Part shown: in pieces, positions 11,950-24,652 of the stretch
How the letters are laid out: each line of letters begins with the position of its first letter
Numbering within the stretch: position 1 is the first letter of the stretch
Source: Octopus bimaculoides
Lineage: Eukaryota
Reading direction: 5' to 3'
Length of the DNA: 64,000 bases
Assembly: GCF_001194135.2 (NCBI RefSeq)
Contig: NC_068984.1
Span: 92,424,064-92,488,063 of the forward strand
Notes under the pieces: model-generated
Databases searched by the model: none
What the model saw: only the letters and a program-made list of their open reading frames with translations
What the model was told of the DNA's origin: nothing
Made by a program: the position numbers and the translations under genes

Positions 11950-13100
11950 TATCCAGATAAGTCTCAATTCTATATCAGAAATGCTTCTTTATGGCAGGGC
12001 TTCGAAAATCTTTTGGAAAGCAATGTTTGGGCTGCCTATGGTCAGCGAAGTAAGTTCATGAAAATAGATACTGGCTCTCAATGTTGGTCTTTGTTTAACG
12101 ATTAACGACACTACAACATCTCTTAAAAGGAACATGGTGGACAAAAACATGGCAATGTAAGAGAAATACTGGACCTGATATCAGCATTTGACCCTGTCGT
12201 CTGCAAGTGGTTAATGAAGTAGGATTTAAATGTAAATTATTTACAACATGATACTCAGAATGAGCATTTTTCTATCTGGGCATTATTAATCAAAACGAAA
12301 TATCGTAAGAGGTGTCTAAAGCAACCGTGAAGAATTTATTGACTATCAAGCAGTCTCAAAGTTTGGCATTGAATCACAGTTATACTGACAGTGCCGAACT
12401 CTGTTTTTGTTGACATTCAGATATGTGTCACACAACGCTGCGTTGGTACCTCGATGAACGCAAAATCACTGATGTCCATGCGAAGCTATATGTTTCATTT
12501 GCAGTCCATGTCCGCTGCCACGCCCACCGATTCAAAAAGGCTGCAGATTTTTTTTTTGTATTTGTTTTTTGCATTAGAAGCAACTTTACATGTATGTGGC
12601 TCAGTTCACTATGCATCAGTAGTTCAAACAATTACAAGAAGAAAAAGCGACAACTAATGGAACTGAAAGGTATATCCGATACATGCTGGAATTATAAGTA
12701 TGCATCATGATATTCAGTGTATTGCACATTTCTATTTCTTTTAAACTTTATTTATTGCATTTTTATGAGAATACCACGTCATCAGGAAGACTAACTGGAA
12801 ACAAAATGCTTCAAAACTTTTGTCTGTAAGTGTCTGTGTACTCTGTCAATAATTTCTTATTTGATTCAAGCTTATGGCAAAGATGCCGCAATCATTTTCA
12901 TCGGATACAAGTGCAAGATACAAATCGATAGCGTGCTGCATTGAGGAGGTTGATATCGAACGAAACAAACTGAACTACGAAGATACGTGGCATACAATTA
13001 AGCAACAGACCATTGAACTTGGTACAACCATCAGCTAGTTTGACAGAAACCAAAAATGGTGATGCTAATTGCTACAGCATTTGGACTCGGCAGTCATTGA
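11950..13100 (+). pseudogene. Decayed hAT-superfamily (ZMYM1/DUF4371-like) transposase
   Basis: GNVREILDLISAFDPVVCKW (12151), YLQHDTQNE (12238) and AVHVRCHAHRF resemble the GNF..LL....DP, Y.S..IQNE and VHCxAHxL motifs. Confidence 0.55.
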
Positions 13101-13889
13101 GATTGTTGATATCTGGCCGAGAAATAACGAAGAGCCTTTTGCTTTTTTTTTTTCGTGAGAATTCTATTTGTGTTTTGAATCGGATTTGCTAAGCCTTCGA
13201 CGTCACTTTTTTTGTGCGTAAGAAAGCAACCAAGAATAACATGTAAGTCGTTCAAAGCAATTATGTGAAACATAATTTCATTGTAGATTTTATTCGTATA
13301 ATGTACATGCTAGTTTGACTTTCATTTAGTTATGTTGCCTTCAGTGAGATTAGGGCAAGAAGTAGCTGTTGTTCTTGTGATATAGCTGTACAGTTTTAGT
13401 GGAGCTGGGGTATGACTGAAAGTCATGGTATAATGCAAACTTTGTTTTACTTTTAAAAAGAATGGAAGAGAACAGTGTAACACAGTTAACAACTTTATGA
13501 ATATTTCTAAAGACTGAAAATAGAATTGAGAAAGAGTAAAAGTAACCAAATTTAACAACCAAAAGAGTATTCGACGAGAAAAAGAAAAGTTGAAACATTA
13601 TCATTAACTTTTGTAAAAGTGACAAGTTAGCAGAACAGACTTATAATATTTTAATTTCAACTCCTTATGTAAAAATTCTACTGATGTCACTTCGCTTTTA
13701 CTAGATAAAATTAGCACCCGCACTCTTATAGGTAATTGGTTAAGAAGTAGACAGAGAGACCAATTTACTCGAAATTTTATACAAAAGACGCCCAATATAT
13801 AATAAAAGATTCTCATCACATGATAATTCACAGTACAAACTACTAATACGCAAAGATATATTGTTTTCTGCCTTATTTAACAGCAAAAA

Positions 13890-13890
<1 letters not shown>

Positions 13891-13972
<82 letters not shown>

Positions 13973-14232
13973 TCAAGGATCGCAGAAAAAAGAAGCAATA
14001 CGTGAAAAACTAAAAATTTTCAAAATGCTCTGAAAATAATTGTTTAACAATCTTCTTGATGTTGTGTATTCATCTTCATGTTCGCCATTAACACAAACAT
14101 TACACACACACGCACACACGTATACAATATGTATATACAACACATACATACTAACATACATATGTACATGCACACACACACATATATACACACATACGCA
14201 TACATACATACATACATACATACATACATACA
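13891..14232. repeat. (TG)n and (CA)/(CATA)n microsatellite cluster
   Basis: Direct runs. Confidence 0.9.
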
Positions 14233-15175
14233 TAACACTTCAGCTAAACACATAGATACAATATATTTACTAGAAAACTAGTGATGCAACCAATTTTGAA
14301 AATTGGGAACATCCGATTGCAACCTTTCAAAATTTCTCAATTTACAATCGTTAAATTCCAGTTTACAAATGAGACAAGAGTACGGGACTCATATTTCGAA
14401 GAGCTGAATATCATGAAGCGGGAAGGAAATTTAAAACGAATACGTGGTGGTGGTGGTGGTGGTGGTGGTGATAGTTGAAGTGAAAAGTTTTTTTATATCA
14501 CCTATCACTTAACGCATGCGCACCCCAAACTTGCCATTCACTTTAGAAAGAAACCAGTTTCCCATTCGCCTGTCATATGCAATGACTATCACAAGGGCAG
14601 ACATTTGATTAAGCGTGGCTGTTCTTGCCTGAAGCTGTATTCTCAAGAGCTCGCAAATTATCTGATTTGAGAATTAGTTATCAACATTGACAAACAAGGG
14701 AAAAGAAGAGGAAGAACTTACACGAAGAACATAGTCTGCAAAGAAGTATTGAATTAAATGATGTACGCAAATTGGAATGTGTATTGGCTCTTACCTATCA
14801 CCTTGGTTATAAGTTACCAATGATGTAGTTTCCAGAGTATGCCATGCTGCATTAAATATTTACCCCAGTGGAATTATGGCTCCTATATTTTACATATAAA
14901 ATAATTTTTTTGTATAAAATTTAGTATTAAATTTTTGAAATTGTGACCATGTAAATTTTAAAATCTAATTCTTTCTGTTTATGGGGGAAACGGAAAAATA
15001 AGAGTGAATATTTATTTTATGAGTGTTGTGTATTAAGTCTATAAAACTGTGCATAAATTATGTAAAGTATATATATAGGTTGAAAATATGTAAAGAAAGT
15101 TGAAGAAAAATGCCTTCGTTTCACATAGTTAAATATTTTTTTTATATAAACATATACATATTATATGGGTGTTGT

Positions 15176-15955
15176 AAAATCCAACCGGTTTTCGCTATTT
15201 AAATTAGCTTTTCAAGGGGCATTGTATAGTGATTAATTCACATGATGAAGGAGTTTCGCCATCTTGGCTGTTTGAAAAATAAGAAAGGGCTTAGAGAGTG
15301 AACCAAGGGAGATAATGGGTGTCAAGGGGGATAACTGATTCCTTAGGATAGTTTTTAAGGTTGTCAGGTTTGAATATTGAGGTGTGGTTTATATTTTTGA
15401 ATGAATAAGTTCTCTTTATTTAGTCGTTCTTGCACTGAAATTGAATCTTTGCACTGGTACAGGGGGAAGATAAGGAAATTGGGCGTTTTATCACCTGCGC
15501 ATCTGTCAATATGTCCGCTCAGTGCAATTTGCCTGTACTGGGGGAAGCGAATCTGTTCCTTATGCAACGTGACTCTGCGTCTCAAAGAAAGGCTCGTTTG
15601 GACTACATAGTAATGGCCACAACCTGAACAGGTTAGGACATAGATAATGTTGTGGGAGGCACATGTGAAGTTAGTTTTGATTGAGAATTTTTGTCTTTGC
15701 TGGAATGTGAATTCCGAGCTTTCACTTAGGTGAGGGCATGTACCACAATTGGGTCGACTGCATTTTTTAACTGTTGGTATTGTATATATTGAGTATAGTT
15801 TTGCATTTGTAAGGAGTCTCTTGAGTGATTTGTCTTGTCTTTTACATTTTAGTAATTTGTGTTTATTTAGGATGCTGTTCATTTTCGGGTCTTGAGTGAG
15901 TATAGGAAGATTTTGTATAATTGTGTTGTATGCTTCATTGTTTCTAGGGTTGTGA
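15176..15955 (-). mobile_element. Penelope-like element 3' fragment: linker, GIY-YIG endonuclease and 3' region
   Basis: ORF 15364-15882 CSRPNCGTC..FTCASHNIIYVLTCSGCGHYYVVQT..LRRRVTLH..ERLNKENLFIQKYKPHLN; upstream HNPRNNEAYNTIIQNL. Confidence 0.9.
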
Positions 15956-16563
15956 GTTGATATGTATAGGAGTTCATAATTTTACCACGTGTTGTTTACT
16001 GAATCTCCAGTATTTTTGCTTCTTATATATATATATATNNNNNNNNNNNNNNNNNNNNNNNNNNNNNNNNNNNNNNNNNNNNNNNNNNNNNNNNNNNNNN
16101 NNNNNNNNNNNNNNNNNNNNNNNNNNNNNNNNNNNNNNNNNNNNNNNNNNNNNNNNNNNNNNNNNNNNNNNNNNNNNNNNNNNNNNNNNNNNNNNNNNNN
16201 NNNNNNNNNNNNNNNNNNNNNNNNNNNNNNNNNNNNNNNNNNNNNNNNNNNNNNNNNNNNNNNNNNNNNNNNNNNNNNNNNNNNNNNNNNNNNNNNNNNN
16301 NNNNNNNNNNNNNNNNNNNNNNNNNNNNNNNNNNNNNNNNNNNNNNNNNNNNNNNNNNNNNNNNNNNNNNNNNNNNNNNNNNNNNNNNATATATATATAT
16401 ATATATATAAAGTGTATTAAGTAATCATCGTATTCCATTATCTTTCATTTTTCTATGAATAGCAGATGAGCGACTATATTTTCATACAGACGCAACACAG
16501 GCTACGATTTCACGTTTTTGGGATAAAGTTTTCAGGAATAATCCAATAGGTTTACTATTAATT

Positions 16564-16590
16564 CCGTGAAATATTCACGGGTCCCGCTAG
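16564..16590 (+). mobile_element. Helitron-type 3' terminus of a non-autonomous element
   Basis: Hairpin ccgtgaa-ata-ttcacgg, 6 nt, then CTAG followed by T. Confidence 0.6.
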
Positions 16591-17789
16591 TAATTTAAAG
16601 AATATAAAAAGAAATATGTAGTATTTTAGATTTTGAAATTACAGAAATCTGGTTCTGAAAACGAAGAGAAGACTAAACTTTATTTATTTATTCAAATGTG
16701 TCCACATTTATTGTTTTCCGTTTCAAATGTGTATGTATGTGGATGAACGAATTGCAGTAATGTCTGTTAAATGAATTCAAGATGGATAATAATGAACGAA
16801 TTCAGAGACAAATTACAATAGACCGCAAGGAAACATTTACTACAGCTGCAGAAATTTGGTCAAGCAAACTGGTAAGACGTTTCAATTGTCAAAACATTAT
16901 ATATATTTAAATGTTCATCAAAATGTATAATAGAGATTAAAGGAAAACCTAAAATACAGTATCACAATAATTCTGGTTACTTTTATTCAAAGGTTGGTAG
17001 AACGTTATGCATAACGTCAAGGAAATCTGTTCAAACTGAAAACTGCAAATTGAAATCATAATTGTTTTCACGTCAAGGTCCCAGGTCGCTCGTTGCAAAA
17101 CTCTCCTCCCTGGAGGCTTAACGTGCCAGAACTTCCCATTTTATAACTTACGAACAGACGTTAAAGATGTGGGCGGTCCAAGTAAAACTAAATGGATCTG
17201 ATCATCACGCGGTGAACCAAAATGGGCAGTCAAAAGTAAAAAAAGCTACAATGTGAGCAGCTAAAGTTCACAAGCTCTCGTGCTACCGCTACATTTACTC
17301 TCTCACCAGAGAATCGACTGTGAGGACGATAAACAAAAAGCAGAATAAAAATGTAATCAGGAAAAGAAATACAACAAATGTTACAAAAATGTACATGCAA
17401 ATAGAAAAAGCATGAGAAAAAGGTGTACAAAAAAATGAACAATAAATAATGTGATAATACAGCGAAAAGCTTATATTGATAGCTGAAAATGTTAATAACA
17501 GTTCAAAATAAAGCCTTTAGAAAATTGCTGTTATCTCTAACATCAGCAATAATCAAGAAAGCATGTAACCAAAGCAATGACAGTAAATTGAGTGTAACAA
17601 ATAGTCATAGATTTTTGAAATTCCAAAATGTACTGTATAGAACAATATCAGTGTTTCAGAAGTGAACATTCTTTATACAATGTCGAACCAGTGGTAAAAA
17701 TGTTAAACTGAACAATGTTTAAGAGTACCAAAAAAATAATAAATAATATGTATGTACTAATTTGGCAAACCAATGAACTTTTCTTATAC

Positions 17790-20355
17790 TTTTTATAACA
17801 CGAGTTGAAAGTGATGTAGTTGGAAGTGCAGAATATGTAGTTGTTGTGTTAGTGCGTGGAGTAATTGGTTGTTGTACAGTGATGGAGTAAACTGCTGTTG
17901 TTCAGTAGATGAATCAATAGATGATCTTTTAATGCGATCAATATTCACAGTTTGTTGTTTACCATTAACATCTAACACCATAAATTTAGGTTTTACTTTA
18001 AGAACTCGCCATGGGCCACATTAAGAAGGTTGAAGAGGTTGTTTAGCGAAATCGTAGCGAATAAAAACATGAGTCCATGAACGAATATCAGGAGGCACAA
18101 AAGACTTGATTGAATGTACTCTAGTAATCAAAGGAGGTAATTCTTTGATGTAATTTTGCAAATGATGTACATAATCAGCCGGATCAGAAATTTGTTCAGA
18201 ATTAGTAGGTGCGATCATCTGCCCAGAAAAGCCAAGTGTGGATCCGTAGAGAAGTTCCGCCGGAGAAAAATCTAGATCTTCCTTAACAACAGAAGGAAGA
18301 CCTAAGAGAATAATTTGTAATGTTTCCAATCATCTGTTTGACTGAGGGTAAGCACGTAAAGCAGATTTTAGCTGACGATAGAATCTTTCTATCATTCCAT
18401 CAGCCATAGGATGATAAGCAGTGACATGAATTTGTTGTGAACCTAGTAACTTTGAGAGCTCGGCAAAAATATTTGACCCAAACTGTCGACCAGGATCAGT
18501 AGTCATGATCAAAGGGACTCCGAATCGCGAGAACTAGTCAGCTACGAGAGACTTCGCGATGGTAAGAGCTGAAATATCTTTGATCAGAATGGCTTCAGGT
18601 CAACTCGAAAAACGATCGATGCAGGTCAGCAAATATTGATAATCTTGTACTGGTGGCAAAGGAGCGACGATATCAATATGACTGTGCTTAAAGCGTGCAT
18701 CTGGGATGGAAAGAGTACCTAAAGGTGCCCGAATATGACGCTGCACCTTGGACTTCTGAAATACCGGGGTGCGACAAATTATGGAGCGCCGAAAATTCAG
18801 TTTGTCTGTGCTCCTTAGGAACATAAGGTCACGATATACTGGTAGACACGTCACACAGATAGGTGAATCTGAAGAAAATAATGGTAACTGCCGGAGGTTC
18901 AAAGAGTGAGAATTCGATGACTTAAGAAACGAAAATTCCTGATCATTATGTTGAGCCAAAACTAATTGTTGAAAATCAATTGAATCAGAAGTGTGCAAAG
19001 TGTTAATATGAACGCGAGATAAGGCGTAAGCTGCAGCATTATCAACACCTTTGCTGTATTGAATGTCTAAGTTATACTGAGAAATAAAATCCAAATGTCG
19101 TAAATCTCGGGGAGAATATTTATTAGATTCTGATTTCAAAGAAAATTTTAATGGTCTGTGATCTGTAAAAAGTGTCAGAAATGTTTAGCAACAAGATAAG
19201 CTGATAACAATTCTCGTCTGAAGGGGAAACATCTAGACTCGGTAGGCTTGAATCGGCGAGAAAAAAATGCAAGTGATTGTCAGTTACCACTGACCAAGTG
19301 TTGAACAACTGCACCTACCCCGACATCATATGCATCAACCACCACTGACAAAGGTACCTCAAGAATGGGGGTGTGATATCAGTGTTTCTTTGGATAACTG
19401 ATTTTTGATATTTTTAAATGCTTGCAGTTGAGAAGAATCTAGTGGTATAGCTCGTTCTTCTTACGATTTTTCAAGAGTTCAGTAAGAGGACAGATAGTTT
19501 CCGTACAATGAGGAATGAATCTCCTGTAGAAATTCACGAGACCAAGACATTCGTGTAACTTCCGTAATGAAGTAGGAGCAGGTAAATAGCTTCAATACGA
19601 ATCCGAATAGCTTCAATTTTATCAGGTAATGTCAATCGAATGTAAGTGAAGGAACGCCAAACACATTTACTAGCCTTAATAATTACACCATATTTCGTCA
19701 AACGAGTAAAACGTTGCTGCAAGTGTGATAAATGTTCTTCTTCAGTAGAACTAGCTATCAAAAGATCGTTGATGTAAGTGAAGACAAAATTTAACCCACG
19801 TGTGACTTCATCCATGAAGCATTGGAAAGTGCTGGTAGCGTTTCTTAAACCAACTGGTATATGCACAAATTCAAAAAGGCCAAAAGGTGTGGTTATGGCA
19901 GTTTTAGGAATGTCAGACGGTTCAACTGGAATTTGGTTTTAAGCTCGCACTAAATCGATTTTAGAAAAGATAGATCAACCGTGCAAAGAAGCTGAAAAAT
20001 CATGTAAATTGGGTATCGGATAATAATCCGGAACTGTCATGACATTTAAACGACGAAATTACCACAAGACCGTCAGTCTGAAGAATTTTTCTTGGAGACA
20101 AATATTCCTAAATCAAGCATGTGACGAAACTCATCTTTAACAACTCTGAGTTTATCTAGAGCAAGTTGCCGAGGAGCAGAAACCACAGGAGGACCTTTAG
20201 TAAGAATATATTGGGTTACAGAGTGCACTGGTGGTTTATTTTGAAAAACAGTTTGGATCAACTCTGGAAATTTTGATAGCAACTCATGAAAAACATTGGA
20301 AGGAGATAGAATTAAAAAATAGAGAACTAACAGTAGCAATTCTTGCAAACGCACC
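17790..20355 (-). mobile_element. Gypsy/Ty3 pol relic (RT-RNaseH-integrase-GPY/F), no gag, protease or LTR seen
   Basis: PVGLRNATSTFQCFMD..FTYINDLLIAS (RT); YSPRDLRHLDFISQY..GVDNAAAYALSR (RNase H end); HIDIVAPLPP..LLTCIDRFS, TTDPGRQF, AYHPMADGMIERFYRQLK (integrase). Confidence 0.92.
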
Positions 20356-20680
20356 TTGAGTAGAAAGAAGAGTTTGTACCACTACACAAAGAATGAAATA
20401 AATCCGATAAATTTTAGATGTGTGCTCCTAATTACGATTCCAGAGATACTATCGAATAGACAAGAGTCACCTGGCTTTGCTGCAGCATGCATTAAAGCCT
20501 TAGTGGATATTCAGTTGAGACAGAAAATAAGAATAAACGTAACTATATACTGTGTTACATGTGCTAGCGAAGGTTATAATTGTAAACTAAAAAATATGCA
20601 TGAATAAGATTACATACAGTACGAAGAATACAGCTACATACACGCGCGCACGCATAAACACAAACACACACTCATACACA

Positions 20681-20731
<51 letters not shown>

Positions 20732-21803
20732 CGAACAGCAACCAACTTTCTGGGGAAGGATTCGAAATCAAACCCATATATTTCTACAAGTCAACAGCCT
20801 ATTGTTTTAGCCTGTTGCACCAAGAAATTTATGAGAATAAACTGACCTCTTGATTTTTTTCGAGGCATTCATCGGTCAAAGCTGACTAGAGAAGAAAAAT
20901 TCCTTGTTTTCGCTTGACCTAATTCAATTATGAAGAATATAAATACGAAAAGCAAATCGCTTTCTTTCTCTCTTTGGGTCGATCCGTCTCTGACCAAAGA
21001 GCAACTTTTTCAGTCAACGCGCGAAAATAGATTTATCACCTTCTCTACTTGACTTTATTACTATTTCTTTCTCACGTAGTCACAGAGATGAAACTATCAG
21101 CAAATGGACTGGAGATCTGCAAAGAACTTATGTGTACACAAACAACTATAAAAAGTTATATTTTCAATATTGTAACGACATAATAATCATATTAATAAAT
21201 GGCCATCTTAATAAACAATTAATATTCCTCTTCACTCAATCATTTCTGCTATGCAATTTGCCCGTTACACATAGTCATCATAATTGATGACACCGACTTG
21301 CAAGCATAATCGTTAAACATAACTGTTATAAATGGTGACTTACCGACTGAAAATAGCAGCCTTCTACCCTCACTTACAAGAAGTGTACACCTTTTGAACC
21401 AATTACGCAAAAATCGTTACATTCGACTTGAAAGAATTACTGCCTTAAGAAATTACCAAATGTTGCATTCCTGCCTATGACTAGAGAAGGTCGAACGACA
21501 CCAAACCAAAGTTTGAAGTAAATATATCAGCAAAATATTTCTATAACATTTCCGGAGAATCCGAAGTCTTTCAACAGTTAAATTGTGCCTTTAAAAACCA
21601 ATATGCGCCCTTTTCAGCTTGAAATGCACGATCCTTACCAAGATACGATACGTGAACCAGTAAAGAAACGTAAAAATCGCAGTCCCGTATCAAGATTCCG
21701 CAGTCCCATTTTCAACAGACAACACGCGTCTTAATCTACGAAATCTATGCAACCGACTGCGATGAACTACGCTGAATAACCACATAATTTACTGCTGTCC
21801 ACG

Positions 21804-22105
21804 CATGTACCCCCATTTCAGCATGTCATCCGATAATTACTCCGGCAGGAACTATTCGGATAGAATGGGGCATGCCAAAGCTAGGTCGAAACAGCTGTAA
21901 GATTAAGTTTATGTTTATTCGCTAATTCCTTATGTACTTTTATTTGTAAACCCGGTTGTCAATATAACATGGTTTGTCATAAACACTTGTACTTTGTGGT
22001 TTTTTGTCACTTTAGTTACGAATTAAGTTAATGAATTCAACGGGATACACTGTCTGCAAGTCGTTGGGTTCAGCATATTATCCTCCATTTTCTAATTGAT
22101 ATATA
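21804..22105 (+). mobile_element. 5'-truncated copy of an HHR-bearing repeat, homologous to 57852-58168
   Basis: Shared blocks catgtacc..atttca..aattact, gatagaatg(g/a)ggcatg..ctag..gaaaca(g/a)ctgtaa and tgtctgcaagt..catatt.tcctccattttct. Confidence 0.7.
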
Positions 22106-22349
22106 TATGGTGGTTGTCTACTCTTCGTGCAGAGTTTGACTACCTCCTGTACCTACACCTTAGACCCATCATGACATTTGATGAGGCTTTTTAAACTAGA
22201 CAATGTTTTGAAAAGACACACACATAGATTGCATATCCGACTTGGACTACCAAGAGCTGCAGATAAGTTCTGATCTTTCTGATCTTAAAATGTCTTTTGA
22301 GGCCTCCGTTAGATTTGCAAACCTTCTGGCATACAGAAATGTATGTATG

Positions 22350-22354
22350 CATGT

Positions 22355-22401
<47 letters not shown>

Positions 22402-22659
22402 TATGTATATAAATATATGTATATACATATATATATGTATATATATAATATATATATATGTATATATATATATACATATATGTATATATATATATACATA
22501 TGTATATATATATACATATATATATATGTATATTCCTATATATATTATATAATATATATACATATATATATATATATCTATTTATATATCATATATATGT
22601 ATATACCTATATATATAATATATATCTTATATACACATATACATATATATATATTTATA

Positions 22660-22724
<65 letters not shown>
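22350..22724. repeat. (GATA)n followed by a long degenerate (TA)n tract
   Basis: Direct runs. Confidence 0.95.
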
Positions 22725-22726
<2 letters not shown>

Positions 22727-22882
22727 GACACAAAACAGCCATGTCGAAGTGACAACAGACATTACTTTTCAATATTGTTACTACTTACATCACTTATAGA
22801 AGTTTTAGAACTTGCTACTTTGCCTGATGTAAAATCGCTTGTTATTCTACATATTGCGGGCAAAGACGAACAGCTTCTACGT

Positions 22883-22951
22883 CTAGCAGACAAGTGTCGT
22901 GTACTGATGAAGGGAAATACCCTGAAACCAGACTGGTCTTGTCACCGCTAG
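22883..22951 (+). ncRNA. Hammerhead ribozyme motif, core intact with imperfect stem I
   Basis: ctgatga-aggg(aaata)ccct-gaaa-ccag(a)ctgg-tc; GUC triplet at 22936-22938. Confidence 0.65.
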
Positions 22952-24483
22952 ATAGCAGAGTTCGCTCCCCTACTCGCAATATATCGGATACAGGTTGTGT
23001 CGTTAACCAGCTGAAGATGTCCTCCTGGGGTTAAAAAAAAATGGTAGTAACATAGTTCCGTACAGCACAGTCATGTTGAATGGGCAACAAACATTACGAG
23101 CTTCGCATCCATAAAGCTCTGACAAGACCAAATATTACAGGCTTCGCATCTATAAAGCTCTGACGAAACATGTGTAAAGGTAAGCGCTACACACACACAC
23201 ACTATTGAGTATCTTCTCCAGTGCTGCTTTCCAACATGAACGAAACTCTGTTGCCGAACATTCTAACCTGGGTCGCCGACTTTGGATATCATTTTACACC
23301 CTTTCACAAGCTACATACTTAACTCCAACAACCAACTTTGTTGGTCACTCTCTCATTTCGCAGTTTGCTTCGACAGACTTCAACCACGTCCCTGCTGTAT
23401 TCTTGGGATATTCTTTTATTTGTAAAATTACTTTACATCTGATGATTACGGTTTTTGCAATGGAGTAATATTCTCATTCTTCTATTTAAAAGATGCGTAA
23501 GAAACTGTTGTAATGAGTTGACAATTATCCATTGTATGTTATTATTCATTTAATTATAATATACCAAGGGGATTTACAACTTGTCAGACACCCTAGAGTA
23601 AACCAACAACGTACAATTCAACGTAACGCATGCTTTGGACCAGCCCCTAGGTGCTAAATACTCATAGGGTTGGTTTTCTCTGAGTACACAACGGGAATAT
23701 CCTATCTGATACTTACCAACCATAGGGCAGACCCACAGGTTTATCCAGCCCTATCTGATGCATATATTTTCAATTACCTGCATCTGTGTGTATATGTCTC
23801 CCGAAGAGCCATTGCCGAAAGAAAGTATATTTAGTAGAACTAAAGATAATGGAATAAATATCATATATACGTAGATTTGTATGTATATATGTATGCATGC
23901 ATGTATGGATGCATGTATATATATATATACATACATATATAATACATTTAGAATAATACATTTCATTAATTTCATTTTTATTCTGTGAATCGGACCACTT
24001 TTATATATATATATTTATACATCTTCGATATATTTTAATATATTTATGTATCAATGTTCACATCTGAATATTTTTAAATGTATCAATTACCCTATATATT
24101 TTTAATGTATTTATATATTTGTATATTTTTAATATATCTATGTATTTTAATATATTCTATGTAATAAATAAGTATGTGCTTCTGGTGAGTTTTGATGAAA
24201 TCGTGTTGGACTATTTTTTGAGGACTGAATTATCTGGTGTTACTTTCACTTATATATTTATTTTTTGTCTCAAGTCTGAATTTCTAAGTGCAACCTTCAA
24301 TCTAATAGAAAATAGGAGTTTATCTCGTATTCTTTCTAATATATATATATATATTTACACACAGACATGCACATACACACGCACACAGACACACATACAT
24401 ACATACATACATATACACACACACACACGTATCCACATATGCGCAGACATTCTTATTTAAGTGTCCCCAACATTGCTTGATAT

Positions 24484-24652
24484 CAATTTTGATGTGTTTA
24501 CGCCCCCATAACTTAGCGGTTTGGCATAAGAGACCGATAGAATAAGTACTAGGCTTACAAAGAATAAGTCCTGGGGTCGATTTGCTCGACTAAAGGTAGT
24601 GCTCCAGCATGGCCACAGTCAAAATGACTGAAACGAATAAAAGAATAAAAGA
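24484..24652 (+). mobile_element. 3' half of the common tRNA-derived SINE
   Basis: Matches the 3' half of the full copy at 57056-57465 (aataagtactaggc..ggggtcgattt..gctccagcatggcc..tgactgaaac). Confidence 0.85.

Noticed and set aside
22191-22799. Tyr/Ile- and His/Thr-rich ORFs (also 13740-14281, 58958-59667)
   Set aside because: Translations of TA, CA and TG microsatellites.
23800-23830. ccgaagagccattgccgaaag as a decayed hammerhead
   Set aside because: U4 is lost, stem II is unpaired and there is no stem III or NUH.
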